DNA of 64,000 nucleotides from the IMG/VR virus record IMGVR_UViG_3300037541_000827; one strand, written 5' to 3'. Below the pieces are notes generated by a model. The model saw only the letters and a program-made list of their open reading frames with translations, had not been told where the DNA came from and did not search any database. The stretch is from an uncultured virus (IMG/VR IMGVR_UViG_3300037541_000827). Taxonomy: Duplodnaviria > Heunggongvirae > Uroviricota > Caudoviricetes. A program made the translations under genes and the position numbers. Shown piece after piece: positions 47,854 through 57,464 of this stretch (position 1 is the stretch's first letter; every line of letters starts with the position of its first letter).

Positions 47854-48264
47854 GGTCTTCCCGGCCGGCTGGCGTGACAGCCCAGCAGCGGGAGCAGATG
47901 CCATCACGGCCCGCACCACGGATCTTTCGGCCGCACGTGGGGCACAGCGGCACCGGGGGAAGCGTGATCCAGTCCCACCTGACCTGGAACCACATCCAGC
48001 ACCACATCCACTCGTAGGGCTCACGCCTTGGAATCAAGGGCAAGCCCCTGAACCTGCCTGCTTCAGGGAAGAACGACACCGAGACCCGAACCGCCATCAC
48101 GGGCTTCCCGTGAAGCTGGGGTCGACGGAACCAACCCCACTGAAGGCCGGAGCCGAAAAGCATGTGCCAGGCAAGGCAGGCCAGCCAGAGCCGCACCACA
48201 ATTCCGGTGTATGCCTGCACCACGGCGCCGGCGGCCATCAATCCGTGGTGAACGTCGAGAAGGG

Positions 48265-48519
48265 TCATGGCTGCCCCTCCAACTCGGCGGCGATGGCGAG
48301 GGCGTCGGCTTCATCGATGACCATCTCGTTGAGCTCGCTGTTCTCGGGGTGGTAGCGGGCGGTGTAGGCGCATTCTTCGACCAGGGCGCGGATGACGGCC
48401 GCGGCCAGGGCACGTCGAGTCTCCTCATGGTCGTAACTCCGGCCCATGGCATCAAGCACTTTCTGGGCGCGAGGGGAGAGGGGTTCAGCGCAGTCTGTGG
48501 AGCGGAAGAGGGGCATCAT
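48265..48519 (-). CDS. Hypothetical protein
   Basis: LSPRAQKVLDA...ALAAAVIRAL...ALAIAAELEG, downstream of terL. Confidence 0.5.
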   Translation of the reverse strand: MMPLFRSTDCAEPLSPRAQKVLDAMGRSYDHEETRRALAAAVIRALVEECAYTARYHPENSELNEMVIDEADALAIAAELEGQP

Positions 48520-48539
48520 CAGGTACTGATGTTCTGGGT

Positions 48540-50099
48540 TCACACCATCTTGACCCATTCGGCCATCATCGGCCGCGTTCGGGCGCCGGCTTCACAAGCT
48601 GCAGCCAGCGACATCACTGCGTCGTCGTGGCAGCCGGCCGCGGCCTCGCGGGTGCCGTCGGCCCCTTGGCGGAAGGTGCGCATTTGCTTGCCAAAGATGT
48701 CGTCCGGGGGGATCCCCAGCTCGCCCTGCTCAAGCAGCAGCAGCACCCGATCGGTCATGCGGATCTTGGAGGGCTTGGAGGTGGCAAACTCCTCGATCGG
48801 CACCCCGGGCCGGAGGATCGACAGGGCCTCCCCCACGTTGGCCCCGACGCCGTTGTTCTCGATCGCCACCATCTCGGGGCTGTACTCGTCGATCAGGCGG
48901 GCGGTGCGCTGCAGGCCGTAGTCCCGGCTGCGCCGGGCGTCGTTGAAACGGGCCACCACCTGCCAGGGGTTGGAGGTGATGTCGAGCACGGTGGTGACCC
49001 ATTCGTCGTCTCCGGAGCCGTTGGGGTCGATGCCGAGCACGTAGGAGTGGCCCCTGGTGGACAGCTGCAGGCCGCCGATGGCCTCGGCCGCTTCGATCAG
49101 GTCGTGGGGATAGACCTCAGCGTCGGTGGCGGCGAAGTCGAGCTCGAACTCCTGCCGGTAGCGCTGCTCAGTGAGCTGTTGCGCCCGACGGGTGTTCTCG
49201 GCGAAGTTCGGATCCTGGGCATAGATCGGGTGTTGGGACCAGTGAATCGCCACCTTGGCGAACTCACGATCAGGGCTGCACTGCAGGGTGGGGATGCCGT
49301 TGACGGTGGCCTCCCCCATCTGCACCTCGCCGTGGTCCGTGCTCCAGTGCTCATGGAAGCGGCCGCTCCGGCCGTTCGGTGTGGTAGCCCAGACGGCACG
49401 GGCCCTGCTGCCGAGCATCTTCAGAGTCGGCATGGCGCCGGTCTCGATGCCCGCGAGCTTCTCGATGTAGCCGCCCTCATCGAAGAACAGCATCGAGGCT
49501 GAGGGGATGCCCCGGGCGGCCCGTTCGGTGGGCGGCAGAAAGTGGAGGCTGCCGCGGCCCTGGAACTGGATTTTTCTAGCGGAGTCTTTCGGAAGTGGCG
49601 GGCAGTAGCGGCCCAGGGAGGCGGCCTGGCCCTTGATCCGTGCCGCCAGCTCGGAGGCGTCCTCCCCGGTTTTGGAGAAGACGATCCCCGTCCAGGCAGG
49701 CCGCTGGATGGCCTGCTGGAGCATGTAGGAAATGATCGTCTCGCTTACGCCGGTTTGCCGGCTCTTGAGCACGTATGTGTTCTGGTAGGCCCGGATCGTG
49801 CGGACCAGGTCCAGCTGGTAGTCCCAGGCCAGGAAGGGGAGGAACTTCCCCTGGGAGGCAATGAAAGTGCGGGCGGCAAACTCAGGCCAGCGCTTCGGGA
49901 GCTGGTCCCATGGCTGAACCGCTTGGGCCTGGGTGAAGATCCCCCGGCGGGGGGCGTACTGCAGCAGGGGGCGAAGAACCGCCTGCTTCCGGGGGATGTG
50001 CAGCCCGGCGGGACCGGTCCGGGGCCAGCTGTAACAGGAGGTCTGGCTGCGGAGCTGGGCGTCGTACTCAGCCCAGGCCTCGTCGTCCCAGTCCATCAT
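48540..50099 (-). CDS. terL: Terminase large subunit
   Basis: VLKSRQTGVS Walker A, LFFDE Walker B, TTPNG, GIDP, HDDAVMSLA nuclease motifs. Confidence 0.92.
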   Translation of the reverse strand: MMDWDDEAWAEYDAQLRSQTSCYSWPRTGPAGLHIPRKQAVLRPLLQYAPRRGIFTQAQAVQPWDQLPKRWPEFAARTFIASQGKFLPFLAWDYQLDLVRTIRAYQNTYVLKSRQTGVSETIISYMLQQAIQRPAWTGIVFSKTGEDASELAARIKGQAASLGRYCPPLPKDSARKIQFQGRGSLHFLPPTERAARGIPSASMLFFDEGGYIEKLAGIETGAMPTLKMLGSRARAVWATTPNGRSGRFHEHWSTDHGEVQMGEATVNGIPTLQCSPDREFAKVAIHWSQHPIYAQDPNFAENTRRAQQLTEQRYRQEFELDFAATDAEVYPHDLIEAAEAIGGLQLSTRGHSYVLGIDPNGSGDDEWVTTVLDITSNPWQVVARFNDARRSRDYGLQRTARLIDEYSPEMVAIENNGVGANVGEALSILRPGVPIEEFATSKPSKIRMTDRVLLLLEQGELGIPPDDIFGKQMRTFRQGADGTREAAAGCHDDAVMSLAAACEAGARTRPMMAEWVKMV

Positions 50100-50587
50100 C
50101 AGAAGTCACCGGCCCGGTCCTCGGCCTCCTGCTCCTCTGGGCTCAGCGGTTCAGCCCCAGCGCCGCCGTCGCCGGCCTCTTCCAGCGCCTTCTCGAACTT
50201 CTCGATGGTGAGGATCAGCTGGTTGATCTCGCGGTTCGTCGCCAGGGCAACGCCCAGCTGCTTGCTGGCCATGGCCTTCTTCAGGAGGTCTTCCATCCGG
50301 CAGAGCTGGATGGAAGACAGGCGCAGCTTGTCGTAGAGGCTGGTGCTGGTGATCGCCAGTTCATAGGCCTCGCCGACCAGCTTCGAGGCAACGGCAGGGC
50401 TGACCCGCCAGCCCCGAATAGCAACGTCCAGCAAATCCTTCGGCCCGAAGCCCTGCCTCACCGCCATGCCCAGCAGGGCATGCACCCGGTAGTTGCGCTC
50501 TGCCGCCCTGGAGAGGGTTCGATCTCGCGCAGGCTTTGGGCTGGCCCCGGCTTTCTTTTTCGCCACCCCGGGGTTCCTCCTGCTCAA
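50099..50587 (-). CDS. Probable terminase small subunit
   Basis: 162 aa, helical, directly upstream of and coupled to terL. Confidence 0.6.
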   Translation of the reverse strand: MSRRNPGVAKKKAGASPKPARDRTLSRAAERNYRVHALLGMAVRQGFGPKDLLDVAIRGWRVSPAVASKLVGEAYELAITSTSLYDKLRLSSIQLCRMEDLLKKAMASKQLGVALATNREINQLILTIEKFEKALEEAGDGGAGAEPLSPEEQEAEDRAGDF

Positions 50588-51438
50588 AGGTTAGGAACCT
50601 GTAACAGCGGCATCCCGCGAGGTGGCAGGGCGGCCGCGGCCTGGCGCAGGCGGTTGGGGTTGGGGCCCCGTTTCACGGGGATCCCAGATCGCTTCAGGGC
50701 ACCGGAAACGATGGCGGATGGGATGGCGAACTCCCGGGCCATGGCGGCAACGGTCTGGCCCTCAATCCAGCCCTTGCGCAGCTGCTCGAGCAGCTCATCT
50801 GATGGCATTTCCTCCGGCAGGAGCTCACCGCGGCGGCGGCGGGCCCGCTCGACCGTCCGGGCCGAATTGTTGGGGCGATCGTGCTCCTGCAGCCAGGAGC
50901 GCACCGCCAGGGTGCTGCGATTGATCATCTGCCCGATGACGGAGGCATCATGGCCCAGCGCCCGCAACCGCAGGCAGGTGGAGCTCTCCTCCGGAGTCCA
51001 CTGCCGGTGGCCGTCGGTGACGCTGCGCCTCTGCGCCCGGATGGTGACGCCGGCCGTCACCAGCAGGCTGCGAATCGCCGCACGGCTCACCTCATAGCTG
51101 CTGGCCAGGGCCTCGATGCTCTCCTCGGCCAAGTAGCGGTGCACCACCACCGCCACCGGGAGCCGGGGCTTCTGGGTGACGATCCCATCTCCACCGGCCT
51201 GGAGGTGGTTGGTGAAGCACCGGAACCTAAGCACCTCCCCACGGCTCCGGCGGGAATCGGCGAGGCTTGCGTAGATGCAGCTAAGGCTCCGCCCCAGCTC
51301 GTCCGCGATTGCACGGGCTGAGACGCCCTGCTGGTGAAGGGCATAGATCCGGGCATGCTCCTTCAGGCTCATGTCGCTGCCGCGGCGAGCACGTGGGGGA
51401 GCGGCGGGCGGAGCAGGCAGGTAGGCGGTGGCTGCCAC
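50584..51438 (-). CDS. Multi-HTH DNA-binding protein
   Basis: Four HTH-like repeats (SARAIADELGRS, SIEALASSYEVS, ASVIGQMINRS, TVAAMAREFAIP). Confidence 0.7.
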   Translation of the reverse strand: MAATAYLPAPPAAPPRARRGSDMSLKEHARIYALHQQGVSARAIADELGRSLSCIYASLADSRRSRGEVLRFRCFTNHLQAGGDGIVTQKPRLPVAVVVHRYLAEESIEALASSYEVSRAAIRSLLVTAGVTIRAQRRSVTDGHRQWTPEESSTCLRLRALGHDASVIGQMINRSTLAVRSWLQEHDRPNNSARTVERARRRRGELLPEEMPSDELLEQLRKGWIEGQTVAAMAREFAIPSAIVSGALKRSGIPVKRGPNPNRLRQAAAALPPRGMPLLQVPNL

Positions 51439-51441
51439 GGC

Positions 51442-52092
51442 TCAGCGGCCCATGTGGGCCAGTAGGGCCTCCGCAGCGCGGGCCAGGCGGGCTTCGGTGC
51501 TCTCCTCCTCCGGCAGCGCCTCCGCCAGGCGGCCCATCAGCTGCTGGAACTCCACCAGGGCCTCCTGGTCAGGAAACACCAGCTGGACCGTCAGGCCCGG
51601 GGAAGTCTCCGGGGGCGCTGGTGGATCGGGCATCTCATCGATCCCGTCGACCAGGGCCTTGAACTCGTCCTCGGTGAACCACGGGCTCAGGTCCAGCTCC
51701 GCATGGCCCTCCAGCAGGGCCGCCAGCGCCGCGCCGTTGAACTCCGAGGTGTCACTTGAGCGGTTGTCCGCCACCCCATATTCCGCCTTTTGTGCTGGGG
51801 AAAGATCTGTGCGCTGCACGGCCACCAGGGTGCGGCCATCGGCCGGGACCACCAACACCTTGTCGATGCCGATGGCGGCGGCCGCCTCGGCGGTGCCGTT
51901 GCCGGCAAGGATCACGCCGTTCTCATCCACCACCAGGGAGCGGGCGGCGCCGAACTCGCGCAGCGAGCGCTCGATCATCCCGGTGCTGCGCTGGGTGCGG
52001 CGCCGGGCGTTCGCGGGGTCCTGCAGCAGGGCCTCCAGCGTGGTCTCGGTCGGGGCGGTGACTGCTGCCAGGGGGGTGCGGCGTTTGGCCAT
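51442..52092 (-). CDS. ParB/Srx N-terminal-domain protein
   Basis: DPANAR...SLREFG...VVDENGVILAGNG...ADNR. Confidence 0.8.
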   Translation of the reverse strand: MAKRRTPLAAVTAPTETTLEALLQDPANARRRTQRSTGMIERSLREFGAARSLVVDENGVILAGNGTAEAAAAIGIDKVLVVPADGRTLVAVQRTDLSPAQKAEYGVADNRSSDTSEFNGAALAALLEGHAELDLSPWFTEDEFKALVDGIDEMPDPPAPPETSPGLTVQLVFPDQEALVEFQQLMGRLAEALPEEESTEARLARAAEALLAHMGR

Positions 52093-52168
52093 GCGTGCAG
52101 AAGCAGAGCTATCGCACAACGTAGCCGAACCAGTACATACTCAGTCATTGAGGCGGCATCACACAGCG

Positions 52169-53038
52169 ATGACTTTCCGCACATCTTGCGGTGAGATCAA
52201 TCCGGGCGGAAAATCACCCGTGGACGCCGCATCACGGCTGCAAACCCTGATGGAGTCAGGATTTCACTGGTCATCTGCAGGTAAAAGACTCGGGCTCACC
52301 AAATGGCAGATGAGGTGGTGGTGGAAGCAGATCGGATCGCACATTGCTGATCCTGTTGATCTGGCGCTGGCTCAGCGACTGATACAAGCGAACTACCAAT
52401 CCAACGGGCCAGAGTTGTTCGATGGCCTGATGCTTTGCCGCTGCGGGCGCAGGATGAAGCGGCCTGACCGTTGCGGGGCCTGTGGCAAACCCCATCGCTG
52501 GTCTTGCCCGGTCTGCCGGCTGCCCTGCGGCAAGCGGAACTGGGTACAGGCCGCGGCCATCAAGCGGGCGGTGTTTGAGGCCTTGCAGCGGCGGCTGCCG
52601 GAGCTGGTCCGGCTATGCGAGCACCGCACGCCGATGCAGCGGCAGCGGGAGCAGCAGTGGCTGCAAAAGCTGGAGGACTTCCTGAAGCTGAGGAGGGAGC
52701 TCCATGAAGCGGGCCTGCCACGGATGGGCTATCCGACGATGGCAGCCCGAATGCAGCTGGTCTGGGACCAGGTTGGGGAGCCGTCTGAGCGCGACTGCTG
52801 GGGGAGGACGTTCAGAAGCTGGGGGGCCTGGGAGGGAGCCACCTCACACCAGTGGCGGATGGTGGCCGTCTACTTCTGCCGCAAGATCGTCTGGGATGGC
52901 GAACGGGTCAGAGTCCAGCTCTTCAAGCGGCGCTTTGTCGATCCACTGCTTATGAATGCCCAGCAGGACCCAGTTGATCGAGGACTGTGGCCAGTTCACT
53001 CCCTCCCCCCGAGTCACCCGGCTCATCGGGACCGCTGA
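52169..53038 (+). CDS. Zinc-ribbon protein resembling the C-terminal half of a large serine recombinase
   Basis: GLMLCRCGRRM...WSC...C, coiled region, KIVWDGERVRVQL; no catalytic Ser domain. Confidence 0.6.
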   Translation: MTFRTSCGEINPGGKSPVDAASRLQTLMESGFHWSSAGKRLGLTKWQMRWWWKQIGSHIADPVDLALAQRLIQANYQSNGPELFDGLMLCRCGRRMKRPDRCGACGKPHRWSCPVCRLPCGKRNWVQAAAIKRAVFEALQRRLPELVRLCEHRTPMQRQREQQWLQKLEDFLKLRRELHEAGLPRMGYPTMAARMQLVWDQVGEPSERDCWGRTFRSWGAWEGATSHQWRMVAVYFCRKIVWDGERVRVQLFKRRFVDPLLMNAQQDPVDRGLWPVHSLPPSHPAHRDR

Positions 53039-53375
53039 CGCCGGAGGCAGGAGAGCTGCGCAAAGCGAGGGGTGGGGCCTCGCCATCGCTGCGGGGGGCC
53101 CACCTCATCGATAACCAGGAAGGGCGGATCCGGCCGCCGGGCGGGATCTGCGCCATCTCCCTCTCCAGCAGGGCCATGGCCCGCACCGTTCCCGTCTGGC
53201 GGCAGGCTTTCAAGAAGGCCAGACTGCAGGATCACCTTCTCCTGCGGGGCGTCCTGCGTGCTGCCGCTGCAGCTCATGGCTTTCACGGTGCCGATGCGAC
53301 GACCCGCAAAGCAAAGATCCCCGTAGCGCAATAGGCCTTCGGCCTTGTAGCTGCACATTTCTTGAGCCCTGTCCA

Positions 53376-53903
53376 TCACCCCCTGACCTCCCGTGCGATT
53401 GGATCTACCCAAGGTATCCCGATCATCCGGAACAGGGCCTCTTCAGTGGGTGTGGGGCAGATAGCCCCGTCGCTGCTCCTCCGCAGCAACCCACCTTCAG
53501 AGCGATAGCAGGCCCGAACCCAAGCCGGTGCCAGCACGGTGCGGCACCAATCGGCCGAACCGGTCCTGATTGCCAGCTGAAGGCCGTAGCCGTCAGGGTG
53601 AGGCATGAACAGATCGAGTTTCATCCCATGCCACGGCAGGACCCGCTGGGTGTAGCGGCAGGGCAGCTCCCCTTTCACCTTCTCCCACTGGTTCACCACG
53701 GTGGCGATGCCAGAGCAGAACAGGGGAGAGGCGTCGTAGGGCTTGGGGATGCAGACAATCTCAAGGTCGCCGATGGTTGGCCGCCGGCGGCGAATGCTGC
53801 CGGCGATGTCGATGCGCTCGCAATGAGGCTTCAGCAGCTCCAGCACCTTGGCGGCGACACCATCGGCGGTAGCCAGGGGCAGGCGGGTGGTGGTGGTGCT
53901 CAT
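53376..53903 (-). CDS. polX: Minimal X-family DNA polymerase (Pol beta-like palm+thumb)
   Basis: IAGSIRRRRPTIGDLEIV, KLDLF, IRTGSA, TEEALFRMIGIPWVDPIARE. Confidence 0.85.
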   Translation of the reverse strand: MSTTTTRLPLATADGVAAKVLELLKPHCERIDIAGSIRRRRPTIGDLEIVCIPKPYDASPLFCSGIATVVNQWEKVKGELPCRYTQRVLPWHGMKLDLFMPHPDGYGLQLAIRTGSADWCRTVLAPAWVRACYRSEGGLLRRSSDGAICPTPTEEALFRMIGIPWVDPIAREVRG

Positions 53904-54262
53904 CCCTTCACGTCCTCCAGCAGGTCGAGCAGGAGCATGCGGCGGGTGTCAGAGGGCCGGGGGTACTGCTCCAGGCGATCTAGCAACAGGGCCATCACGC
54001 GCAGGCGCTCCATCTGCTTGCCCTCGGCCATGGCCTTGCGGAGCAAGACATCACCGCTCAGCTCGGCGGTGGCTGCCTCAAGCAGGCAGGCGACAGCTGC
54101 ATCCTGCTGTTCACGGGCCGCGGCCAGCGGATTGGGCTGCTGCAGCCTCTGCCAGGCGGGGTCTGTGAATCTGTGGCAAGCCACAATTCCCTCAGCCATC
54201 TCCAGGCCTCCCCATCGAAGTGCTGGCCAGGGGAGGTGGGCCGCCATGGCCAGGCCGTTCAC
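53900..54262 (-). CDS. Hypothetical protein
   Basis: 120-aa coupled ORF in the early leftward operon. Confidence 0.45.
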   Translation of the reverse strand: MNGLAMAAHLPWPALRWGGLEMAEGIVACHRFTDPAWQRLQQPNPLAAAREQQDAAVACLLEAATAELSGDVLLRKAMAEGKQMERLRVMALLLDRLEQYPRPSDTRRMLLLDLLEDVKG

Positions 54263-54442
54263 GGGTCACTCGCCAGCCCGGCATGGGCGTGGCAAGGAAC
54301 CCATCGCTCTCCACGGTGATCAGCGCCGTGGGGGAGCCGATCAGGTGGAGATCGATTTCCTGCATCTGCATCCGCTTCCACTCAGCCTGGCCCACAAACC
54401 AGACCCACACCTGCACCATGGGCGGCCGCGGCTTCGAGGGGC

Positions 54443-55117
54443 TCACAGCCGTACCCTCCAGTTCAGGGTTTTGGCCATGAAGCGGTAAGCATCGATCGCA
54501 TCGATCCAGCAGCACAGGGCCTTATCCACATCGATCATTTCCACCGTGGTGCGCTCACTGCAGAACAGGACGAACGCACGCCGCGGCCACCAGGAGCAGC
54601 TGTCGCCCAGCAGGGCGATCGCCGCTCCAACTTCGGCGGCAACTCGTATCGGATCGAGCTGATCGCTGGCAGCGCTCTGGCAGAGGCCAATGCCGATGTC
54701 CCCGCCATTGGAGAAGCGGACGAGGAGCTCGGCGGTGGCGCCCAGGGGCAGGCGACGGTGACGCACATGGATCGGTGCTGCCAGCACCTTCAGGTTGGCC
54801 CAGAACGGATGGCCGATCAGCGGGGCGATGGTGCTGAGCTGATCGGTGAACGGCGCCACAGCGGGCAACCAGGGCCCTGCTGCGCTCACATCCGGGTTGT
54901 GGAGACTGTTGGCATAGGCAACGCAGGCGCGCAGCACCACCGGGTTGCGGGCCAGTTGCAGGGCAGTGTGGGGATAGACCCGATCGAGGATGCCTCGGGC
55001 AGAGAACAGCTCCTCACCGCTGGGGGTGATGTAGCCACCGGCCGCGGCCGGTTGAACGGGCTGGTCCTGTGCCGGTAGCCAGGTGGTGGGTTCAGGTCGG
55101 AACAGGGTGCTCACCAT
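54443..55117 (-). CDS. Degenerate PD-(D/E)XK/Cas4-like nuclease-fold protein
   Basis: YITPSGEELFSARGIL and LGATAELLVRF...GDIGIGLCQS resemble phage exonuclease motifs with catalytic residues altered. Confidence 0.45.
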   Translation of the reverse strand: MVSTLFRPEPTTWLPAQDQPVQPAAAGGYITPSGEELFSARGILDRVYPHTALQLARNPVVLRACVAYANSLHNPDVSAAGPWLPAVAPFTDQLSTIAPLIGHPFWANLKVLAAPIHVRHRRLPLGATAELLVRFSNGGDIGIGLCQSAASDQLDPIRVAAEVGAAIALLGDSCSWWPRRAFVLFCSERTTVEMIDVDKALCCWIDAIDAYRFMAKTLNWRVRL

Positions 55118-55286
55118 GTTGTTCTCTGCCTCCAGCAACCATGACGAGGCACGGCGACAATGGGGCGGTTGGGGCATTGCCAGCGGATCTCCCACCCAAA
55201 GGGGAGCGGCTTGCGCCAACGGGCACCGCAGGGGTGCACCTCTTGGGTTCGGCAGACAATGAGCATGGGGGTGGGGAGCGAGGGGG

Positions 55287-55622
55287 TTACCAGTTCTCGG
55301 TGGGCTCTGGAAGGCCAACCGGTGGCGCGGGGGGCTGCCAGGGGCCCCGAGAAGCCGTGACCCGCTCTGCCTGGAGCTTCTCCAGGGAAGCCTGCTCTTC
55401 AGGGCTGGACAGCCAGACCATGGCCGCGGCCGTGCGCCAGGTGTGGCGGGTGGTGCGCACCACCCAGTCGTCGTAGACGTGGAAGCGGTGACCACCGGCA
55501 AAGAAGTAGCGGCCCAGGTGCCGCTCGACCGTGACGGGATAGGCAGTGGAGCCAAGCTCCAGGCACAGCAGCACGGCGCCGATATCTGGCAGCGGGCGGG
55601 CGGGGGCGATGTGGTTGGCCAT
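55287..55622 (-). CDS. Hypothetical protein
   Basis: 111-aa coupled ORF. Confidence 0.5.
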   Translation of the reverse strand: MANHIAPARPLPDIGAVLLCLELGSTAYPVTVERHLGRYFFAGGHRFHVYDDWVVRTTRHTWRTAAAMVWLSSPEEQASLEKLQAERVTASRGPWQPPAPPVGLPEPTENW

Positions 55623-56113
55623 CAGAGGCTCCCGGGCATGGAGGGCAACAGGCCGGCAACGGCTGCCAGGCTGTTGGCCTTCAGCTGGCGGACCTGCTCA
55701 GCGGTGGCCTGAACACCAGCGAGGGCGCGCTGGCGGCGATTGCGGTGGATGGTCTCGATGGCCTGCTGATCCAGCTCACAGCCCACCCTGCGAGGCCCGG
55801 CCGTGGTCTCGAGACGGCAAGGGCCGGCGGAATCGCGAAAGCCGCCGCGGCCTTCCCTGGGGTAGGCGGCATTGCAGCAGCAGATGATCGCCGGATCAGA
55901 CCCGGGACAGACCTCCCCGGAAGGGAGGACGTCGTAGTCGGGGATGAAGTCGTTGATCGCCCGATCAGAGTTGCCGACGATGCCGGTGTCCGCGCAGGCA
56001 AAACACGCGAAACCAGGCAGGACGAAAGCGGGGCCGGCGGCTGGGCGGCGCTTGTGCGGGGCTAGGGGCCCAGGTGCTGGAGCTGAGGGGAGCAAGGCTG
56101 AGGGGAGCGTCAT
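55622..56113 (-). CDS. Zinc-binding replication-associated protein
   Basis: CFACADTG...CCC, like the N-terminus of phage helicase loaders; follows the initiator. Confidence 0.55.
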   Translation of the reverse strand: MTLPSALLPSAPAPGPLAPHKRRPAAGPAFVLPGFACFACADTGIVGNSDRAINDFIPDYDVLPSGEVCPGSDPAIICCCNAAYPREGRGGFRDSAGPCRLETTAGPRRVGCELDQQAIETIHRNRRQRALAGVQATAEQVRQLKANSLAAVAGLLPSMPGSL

Positions 56114-57393
56114 TGGCCGGTGACGTGACGGTGGTAGGCGAACGGGTCCGGGGCGCCGGTTTCTGGATCGATCGGGGCCTCGAATGCGGCGGAGGCGACG
56201 GGCTGGTTCTGCTGCAGGTAGGCGATGAAGCGCCTCTCCTTCAGCCAGCGAGCGATGTCAGGCAGGGATGGGGCAAAACCCGTGGAGGCGTGCTGCTGGT
56301 CCTGAGCGCGGATTTCAGCGGCCAGGGCCGCTACCAGCTGCTCGGCGGTGTGGCCCTCAGCCAGCACGGCGGAAAACTCTCTCTGGGCAGCGGGCAGAGA
56401 TTGACAGGGGACCCGACGGGGCGCCGCCAGGTAGGAGCTGCGGAGGGTGTCGAAGGCGCCGGCGGCTGCAGGGCCGGCGCGGAACTGCTCACAGCGACGG
56501 CGGTAGCCGGTGACCAGGGTTTTGCAGCCGCTGGCGGCGGCGTGTTCGAGGAACGGCCGGAGGACCCCCAGGGCGTCGGCATGCTGAATGGCCTGGATGT
56601 CGCCAGCGCTGAGCTCGTTGGCCGCGGCGGGGTGCTTGCTGCGGCGCCTGAGCCACCACTCGCGCAGCAGCTGGCGGTATGGGTGGGCGCAGTCGGGAAG
56701 GGCTGAAGCGGTTGCTGGGGGCTGGGTTGCCGGTTGGGCATGGCGCTGGGGAGCGTCGTTGTGAGCTGAGGTTATCACGATCTCGACCGCTGTCGCGACG
56801 GGCTCGGCCGTCGTGACCGTTGGCGCAGCGGCATCGATTTTCTCGACGCGGTGGTGGATATATGTAGTGGAGTAATCAATTAACCCTTCTTGGATTTCTT
56901 CTTCTTCGTTTAGAGGTTTATTGATTGGGTCCCCCCCAGGGGGAGTCCCCTCAGGGGGGAGGGGTCCCCTTCCGGGGGAGTCCCCTCCAGGGGGAGGGGG
57001 GGGGCCCTGGGGGGGAGTCCCCTCTGGGGGGAGGGGGGTTGCTGACTTGCGTTGCACTGCAATGGGTTTCGCGGTTCGCTTTTTGCGGCCTGTTTCCATA
57101 CGGACCCGATACCGGTTTGTCCCGCCGGCTCCGGTGCCCGATTTGATGATCCAACCCTCACTAAGAAGGGTCGAAAGTGCTGTGCGGATGTCCCGTTCCT
57201 TCATGCCGCACTCCAGGGCGAGCCGAGGAACCGAAGGAAATGCGTTATCCGATTGGCCGGCGTAAAACCAGAGCCATCCATATACAAATACTAACCTCCT
57301 GCGTCCTATCTGTGCACAGCTGCTAAGTAAGTCGAGAGGGATTTGTGCAAACAGAGGGCGGTGCAACTCACCGGTAAAATCTTTGGTTGGCAT
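56110..57393 (-). CDS. Replication initiator (lambda O-like, N-terminal wHTH)
   Basis: NAFPSVPRLALECGM...ALSTLLSEGWI...TNRY; internal iterons. Confidence 0.8.
   Translation of the reverse strand: MPTKDFTGELHRPLFAQIPLDLLSSCAQIGRRRLVFVYGWLWFYAGQSDNAFPSVPRLALECGMKERDIRTALSTLLSEGWIIKSGTGAGGTNRYRVRMETGRKKRTAKPIAVQRKSATPLPPEGTPPQGPPPPPGGDSPGRGPLPPEGTPPGGDPINKPLNEEEEIQEGLIDYSTTYIHHRVEKIDAAAPTVTTAEPVATAVEIVITSAHNDAPQRHAQPATQPPATASALPDCAHPYRQLLREWWLRRRSKHPAAANELSAGDIQAIQHADALGVLRPFLEHAAASGCKTLVTGYRRRCEQFRAGPAAAGAFDTLRSSYLAAPRRVPCQSLPAAQREFSAVLAEGHTAEQLVAALAAEIRAQDQQHASTGFAPSLPDIARWLKERRFIAYLQQNQPVASAAFEAPIDPETGAPDPFAYHRHVTGQ
56855..57040. repeat. Putative replication origin: three iterons plus an AT-rich tract
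   Basis: GGGGGAGTCCCCTC repeated three times at ~35-bp spacing (~56939-57024) next to AT-rich 56855-56926. Confidence 0.7.
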
Positions 57394-57464
57394 GTCAGGA
57401 TCTGAGGTGGGTGGTTCCACTCCCTGAAGCCTGCGGATCGCGGCTGTTGCAGTAGGATTGCCCT

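Noticed and set aside
52124..52140. Possible LexA box (GTAC..GTTCGG)
   Set aside because: Half-site spacing is 2 nt rather than 4
51428..52168. N-terminal 247 aa of the 536-aa ORF
   Set aside because: Antisense to the ParB-like gene; the real start is more likely ATG 52169
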